Assembly: GCA_018985225.1 (NCBI GenBank)
Contig: JADGIF010000220.1
Span: 1 to 13,951 of the forward strand
Length of the DNA: 13,951 nt
Direction of reading: 5' to 3'
From: Amoeboradix gromovi X-113
Lineage: Eukaryota; Fungi; Sanchytriomycota
Shown here: positions 9,624 to 13,951 of the stretch, piece by piece
How positions within the stretch are numbered: position 1 is the first letter of the stretch
How the letters are laid out: every line of letters begins with the position of its first letter
The notes under the pieces: model-generated
Databases searched by the model: none
The model's input: only the letters and a program-made list of their open reading frames with translations
Told to the model about the DNA's origin: nothing
Position numbers and translations under genes: made by a program

Positions 9624-10640
9624 TTATTTGTGTTTATTAGCTATAGTTAATTGTAGCATCTTTAATAATCCCGCCTGCGTTTTGTTTCCGCCAGTAAATC
9701 CTGAAGCATGAACAAATGTTCCTCCGAGGACCCCAGATGCTAAATCCAATTCATCATCCATAAGTCCTCTCCATTTTTCGGGCAAGGATAATCGGTTCTC
9801 AAAAGAGCTCTCATTGACAGGGACGCAGGTAGCTCTCCAAGAGGTCTCTGTTGGATAAACAACAAACAATGCTTCTTGTTTGATTTTTTTCGATTTCAAT
9901 AAATCTTGTTCCAACTCAAACAAATGAGATTTCCAAGGTAAATAACTCTCAAGTATGACTATTCCATTATTCATACTTAAAATCGCATCCAAAACGGATT
10001 TGCGAGAAGGCAGCCAGGATTTCCCCCAATTCTCTAATTGTCTCTCAAAGATAGTGGTCATCCACTTTAAAGCATTTTCGAATCTCTCATCTTGAAGTTC
10101 CTCTGGTTCAACGTAGGTGCCATTCATAGATGCAATAATGGCAGAAATAGTTGTGTTATCCTTGTATTTTGGATTGACGCCCTTTGGATATCGATCAACA
10201 CCATTATCGATACCATCAAACGCCTCAATAAATGAAGAATATATCTTTTTGTGCAAAACTTCGGTGTTTTCCTCGTTTGTGTTTAAAATCTTCTTAATCA
10301 CATCCTTGCCATAATGCTTATAAATCAGACCTGCAGATGACAACTTTGTGAAATAGCCATCCCCAAAGACCTCATTAAACTCTCTTTGGTGGTGGTCATA
10401 TTTTCTTGAGCTATGATCATACACACCACCTACGTCAACCACATAGTCACAATTATCAAGTAATTTAGAATCTCTCGATCGTGTTATTGTGACATTGCCC
10501 AAGACTAAGCGTAGCAATGAGCAGGCAAGAACCTCATCAGCATGAAAGGTTCCGCTATGCGTTCCAATTTTCGCAACTGTTGCTAAAGTCATGGAGTGTT
10601 TCACTAATGGATTTGATTTCCAAAATTGAAAGAGGAACAT
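9624..10640 (-). CDS. MYG1: MYG1 exonuclease (UPF0160, DHH-like); 338 aa from ATG 10640 or 322 aa from ATG 10592
   Basis: IGTHSGTFHADE, RSRD, VVDVGGVYD, YDHHQR, KLSSAGLIYKHYG, DGIDNGV, LPWKSHL, LPEKWRGL, FVHASGFTGG. Confidence 0.96.
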   Translation of the reverse strand: MFLFQFWKSNPLVKHSMTLATVAKIGTHSGTFHADEVLACSLLRLVLGNVTITRSRDSKLLDNCDYVVDVGGVYDHSSRKYDHHQREFNEVFGDGYFTKLSSAGLIYKHYGKDVIKKILNTNEENTEVLHKKIYSSFIEAFDGIDNGVDRYPKGVNPKYKDNTTISAIIASMNGTYVEPEELQDERFENALKWMTTIFERQLENWGKSWLPSRKSVLDAILSMNNGIVILESYLPWKSHLFELEQDLLKSKKIKQEALFVVYPTETSWRATCVPVNESSFENRLSLPEKWRGLMDDELDLASGVLGGTFVHASGFTGGNKTQAGLLKMLQLTIANKHK

Positions 10641-12112
10641 TCACAAAATCTGAATTTACAAGCACGTGCAATCGGATTAGACTACTCCACTCTTTTGACA
10701 ATGAGCACCTTTTAGTTATTAGCGCATTGTCGACATTCAACATAAACTGGTTTGTAGATTTTTTTGATGAAATAGTGGAAAATTTGCTTCCATGCCCAAA
10801 TATTGACTATTATAGATGTCTTGGGTACGTAATACAATATCAAGAACTATGGTATTTGGTAACAATGAAAAATCCCTCATCAACTTTTATTTCAAAATCC
10901 GAGAAGCGCAAACAAATATTTGATGCTTTGCTCAAAATTCCTATTGTGAATCACAAACACTGTTATTTTTTTATTTCTAATTTAATTACTTCCACTAGAA
11001 ATGTAAATCAAGACCTTTTGAGTATGTTTTATTCAAAAATTGCAAAAATTGCATGCCATTTAGAAGTGAAAGCCATGCTGATATTGCTTGCAAGATTTGA
11101 ATTATCTTTGTCAGAAGATTGCCTCGAAAAGATATTTAAAAGCGTCGAACTAGAACCTTATTTGATACCATTTTATATTATGCCTGTAATACTCAAATTT
11201 CAAAGAATACCATCTTTAGGATCATGGACTAATCTATTGAACGCAGTATTCATTCAGAGCGATGAATCGCAATCCATCAAATTTTATAATAGTCTCTCTC
11301 TCATTTTGGAGAACAAACTGATTATATCTAGTATCCTAGAGAATTGCGATTTGTTGATTAATTTGAAAGTATCTCTAGCATTTGAGCTGCTAAATATGAA
11401 AGTTGCTATTGACAAATCAACTATCAAGTCCACGAGGGAAGTCTCTCTCCATCCGACTTTACAGGGATGGAGGTTAATGACAAAGGTTGTAGCTAATGAT
11501 AGAGCCCTTGACAGTTTACAAATAAATGATCTATACGCTAAGATAATCTATACATTAAGTGAGAGAGGATTTAGCCATAAGTTGCTGGCATCAAATTGTA
11601 TTGCCGCATTTTCTGACTCACTTTTTAAGTCTCTTGTGGCACTTGTTGAAGTAGATAAACTGATAGATTTGAGCATTCTAATATGTTCAGGAAATGAAAA
11701 ATACAGACTTGGGGGACTTAGGCTGTTCTATTTAGCCAGTGAGTATAACATCGAATTGAATAACTCCCAAACTTTACAATTTCAAAAAGTCTTCAACAAG
11801 TCCTGTTTGTCAGGTCCTTTTCAGCTTAGATGGAACGGTATTATTATTTTTAACATAGCCTGCATGTGCATTGAGCGGATTAGACCTGTATTAAAGGATA
11901 GCCTCATTATTGAAGACTTTACTTGGACTCTAGTTAGCGCACTAAAATGCAGGAACTCAAAAGTGGTAGTGCATGCTATGAGCGCATTGAGATTTTATCC
12001 TTGGGATGATAAAATATCTGCAAATGAAATCAAAGCCATTGCTGAGTCATTAGCACAGCTTAGTCCGAAGTACATGGAGAGGCTTAAAAGTATAATAAAA
12101 GATTTAGCATAA
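10607..12112 (+). CDS. HEAT/ARM-repeat protein, HEATR6-like, shortened; join(10607..11837,11859..12112), ~494 aa
   Basis: Leu/Ile-rich helical sequence. C-terminal NEKYRLGGLR, QLRWN|AC (after splicing) and RNSKVVVHAMSAL parallel the HEATR6 motifs KVRWNAC and NFKVRI..A.AL. ATG 10517 lies inside MYG1 coding sequence, so 10607 is preferred. Confidence 0.7.
   Translation: MDLISKIERGTFTKSEFTSTCNRIRLLHSFDNEHLLVISALSTFNINWFVDFFDEIVENLLPCPNIDYYRCLGYVIQYQELWYLVTMKNPSSTFISKSEKRKQIFDALLKIPIVNHKHCYFFISNLITSTRNVNQDLLSMFYSKIAKIACHLEVKAMLILLARFELSLSEDCLEKIFKSVELEPYLIPFYIMPVILKFQRIPSLGSWTNLLNAVFIQSDESQSIKFYNSLSLILENKLIISSILENCDLLINLKVSLAFELLNMKVAIDKSTIKSTREVSLHPTLQGWRLMTKVVANDRALDSLQINDLYAKIIYTLSERGFSHKLLASNCIAAFSDSLFKSLVALVEVDKLIDLSILICSGNEKYRLGGLRLFYLASEYNIELNNSQTLQFQKVFNKSCLSGPFQLRWNGIIIFNIACMCIERIRPVLKDSLIIEDFTWTLVSALKCRNSKVVVHAMSALRFYPWDDKISANEIKAIAESLAQLSPKYMERLKSIIKDLA
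11838..11858 (+). other. 21-nt stop-free, in-frame GT-AG intron (phase 1)
   Basis: GTATTATTATTTTTAACATAG. Removal converts RWNGIIIFNIAC to RWNAC. The 3' geometry matches the other two introns. Confidence 0.85.
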
Positions 12113-12125
12113 AATTTTATTGTAG

Positions 12126-12899
12126 CTAAAGTAATTCGCCTTTTATGTGTTCTAAGGTCTCAGTTGATATACATGGCCTTTCCACTTGTTGAAATGATCC
12201 AAATATTCCAAAATGCCCAAACTCCTCACAGTATCTCGTAAATTCATTGCTCTGGTTTAAAAGAAAGAACGACTTTACCATATTGCCTGAGTAGCAGTAT
12301 ATTTCGCTTAGAAATATACCAGTTGGATGTAAAAGTGATATCAAGAAGTCAAGATCATAAGAAGACACCCCCAATGTATCCTCGAACAACAATACCCAAA
12401 TGTCTGCGAATTTGTATATCACAAAGTCATGATCTAGCTTTATTTGAATCATTTTAGCATTCAATGTATTAGAATAAATAAATATTATATTAGCCAATAA
12501 ATCTTTGGCACCGCCTTCCAATAAACTGCATAGCAGATGCAAAATCCCAGTAGACTTTGTCCATCTGCAAAGAGGTAGCTCCACATTACTTTTTAACAGA
12601 AAATAGACTGGCTTTTCCATAAAGCGAATCAAAAAGCTCTGCAAGTCAAGAACGCTGTGGCATATCGCTATTAATTCATTGCTGACGTTTACTTGCCAAC
12701 CAAAACTGTAATTAATTCTCAGTTCTAGATTTTCCAACTTCATAATCAGCGACAAGGGATGCTGCTGTCTAATCAAAGTGGCTTCGTATCTCCTACCATT
12801 TTTTAAGCAAAATGCAAAAGAAGTTCTTACATAGACCAGAGATTGAATATGCTCAGGTACCTTTAAATCTTTCAGTTCAATACGGGAGTTCAGGAGCAT
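12126..12899 (-). CDS. Hypothetical protein, 257 aa
   Basis: Long ORF in AT-rich DNA, ATG in ACAAATG context, ends 13 nt from the convergent gene. No recognised motif. Confidence 0.75.
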   Translation of the reverse strand: MLLNSRIELKDLKVPEHIQSLVYVRTSFAFCLKNGRRYEATLIRQQHPLSLIMKLENLELRINYSFGWQVNVSNELIAICHSVLDLQSFLIRFMEKPVYFLLKSNVELPLCRWTKSTGILHLLCSLLEGGAKDLLANIIFIYSNTLNAKMIQIKLDHDFVIYKFADIWVLLFEDTLGVSSYDLDFLISLLHPTGIFLSEIYCYSGNMVKSFFLLNQSNEFTRYCEEFGHFGIFGSFQQVERPCISTETLEHIKGELL

Positions 12900-12938
12900 T
12901 TGTAAGTTTGATGATTAGGTGACTAAAATTAGAGTCTC

Positions 12939-12950
12939 GGCCAATCACAA
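12939..12950. promoter_or_regulatory. Possible CCAAT box (GGCCAATCACAA); identical 12-mer at 13371-13382
   Basis: Matches the NF-Y/Hap consensus RRCCAATSR and lies ~40 nt upstream of ATG 12899. Confidence 0.35.
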
Positions 12951-13075
12951 GTTAAATAATTTGTCTACCTATCATACATATCCGTTAATCAGGCCTGGGT
13001 TTTAACTCTTAATCAGTATTTAACACTTTCATTCGGCTATTCATTTGTTGTGTAAAAACTATGTCCCTAATCAAT

Positions 13076-13198
13076 CTACAGTTTTCTCCTCGTTAAAAAG
13101 TCTTGATTTACGAGAATATCAAGAATTTCCACGGAGAAATTGATAAAGCCAGTCGCTCCGTTGCGGGGATTGAACAGGGATGCATGTACTCCAGGCAT
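13076..13198 (-). pseudogene. Diverged repeat copy B (core 13089-13161) within a 40-aa ORF or coding relic, possibly the start of an F-box
   Basis: Reads MPGVHASLFNPRNGATGFINFSVEILDILVNQDFLTRRKL*. Homologous to 981-1051, with in-frame stops upstream. Confidence 0.55.
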
Positions 13199-13951
13199 GT
13201 ATTTCTTGCTACCATGTGGTCTCTATCAGTTTCCAAATTGTTCTTTTAAGAGCACCGCACCTTCAGAATTTTTGGCTAGTAGAATCTTTTTTACATTTTA
13301 TGTCCTTCCGATTTCTTTCGACCTGAACCTCAACTTATTCAATCTGCTATTCGCACTCTATTTATAACATGGCCAATCACAATCTCTCTAAGCTTTTGAG
13401 CTTCAGTAAAAATCGTTCAGTAGTACTCTCTTTTGCAACATTTCTTTCAAAGCACATATAGCCAGGTATCTCGAGTGAAATCTGCTACTTTAAAGACCCA
13501 TTCACCATTTCTCAAGTACTCCGTATTTTTTCTTGATCCGATCACGCAACGACTTTTACGTTATTTTGCCATGAAATGAATCGAAAACACATCAGGTAAT
13601 ATTTCAATCTAGAAGCATCCATCTATTTTTTGAGCATTCTAGTTTGAATCTTTGAAAACTTCAACTGGACAGACCTTATTTCAAGGATTTAACGTCTCTC
13701 CGTATAATTTCTCCACGCACTCAGAGAATAAAATCATGTCTCAGGTTTGGATAATTACCCTGATTTCAGCGTAATTGTTTGACTGCGCGGGAGAAGCAGA
13801 GTTGGGTCAATGAGCATGAATGAGCTATTATTACGAAGCTGTCTTGGAGGAGTCACCAAACACTTGAGACATCAAATATAAAAACTGGACTAACATTCTG
13901 TAACAAGTTGAACATTATTTCAGCTTTATTAATTTATGGATTTAAGAGGCG

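Noticed and set aside
7458-10640. RNH1-DPB2-MYG1 as a functional nucleic-acid cluster
   Set aside because: Housekeeping neighbours are expected in a dense genome and there is no evidence of co-regulation.
13089-13161. Repeat as structured RNA (pseudoknot, ribozyme or Fanzor omegaRNA)
   Set aside because: Some stems can be drawn (CTCGT/ACGAG, TCTTGAT/ATCAAGA), but the second is broken in copy A. No ribozyme core or nuclease gene is present, and the substitutions follow codon structure.
13200-13951. Long pseudogene on the minus strand; also the + strand 75-aa ORF at 13140
   Set aside because: Stop density is near random and no motif is recognised. The + ORF is antisense to the relic frame.

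Overview
AT-rich eukaryotic nuclear DNA from an extremely compact genome, standard genetic code. Gene content and style suggest a reduced, early-diverging fungus or fungal relative; this taxonomy is inference only. Positions 1079-12899 form a dense block with gaps of 2-190 nt. In order: a DAAM/diaphanous-type formin, a 77-aa orphan ORF, a DCAF4/WDR21-like protein, a Mei2-like RRM protein, RNase H1, DNA polymerase epsilon subunit B (DPB2), MYG1 (- strand), a shortened HEATR6-like protein and a 257-aa orphan (- strand). The main feature the ORF track misses is three ultra-short spliceosomal introns of 21, 20 and 21 nt. All read GTA(A/T)T...YTAAYNTAG with the putative branch A at -6. Two are supported by restoration of conserved protein motifs and the third re-joins the formin DAD. 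The block is flanked by two ~1 kb gene-poor segments, each holding one copy of a diverged 71-73 bp sequence (59/73 identical, inverted orientation) with a protein-coding, possibly F-box-like, substitution pattern.
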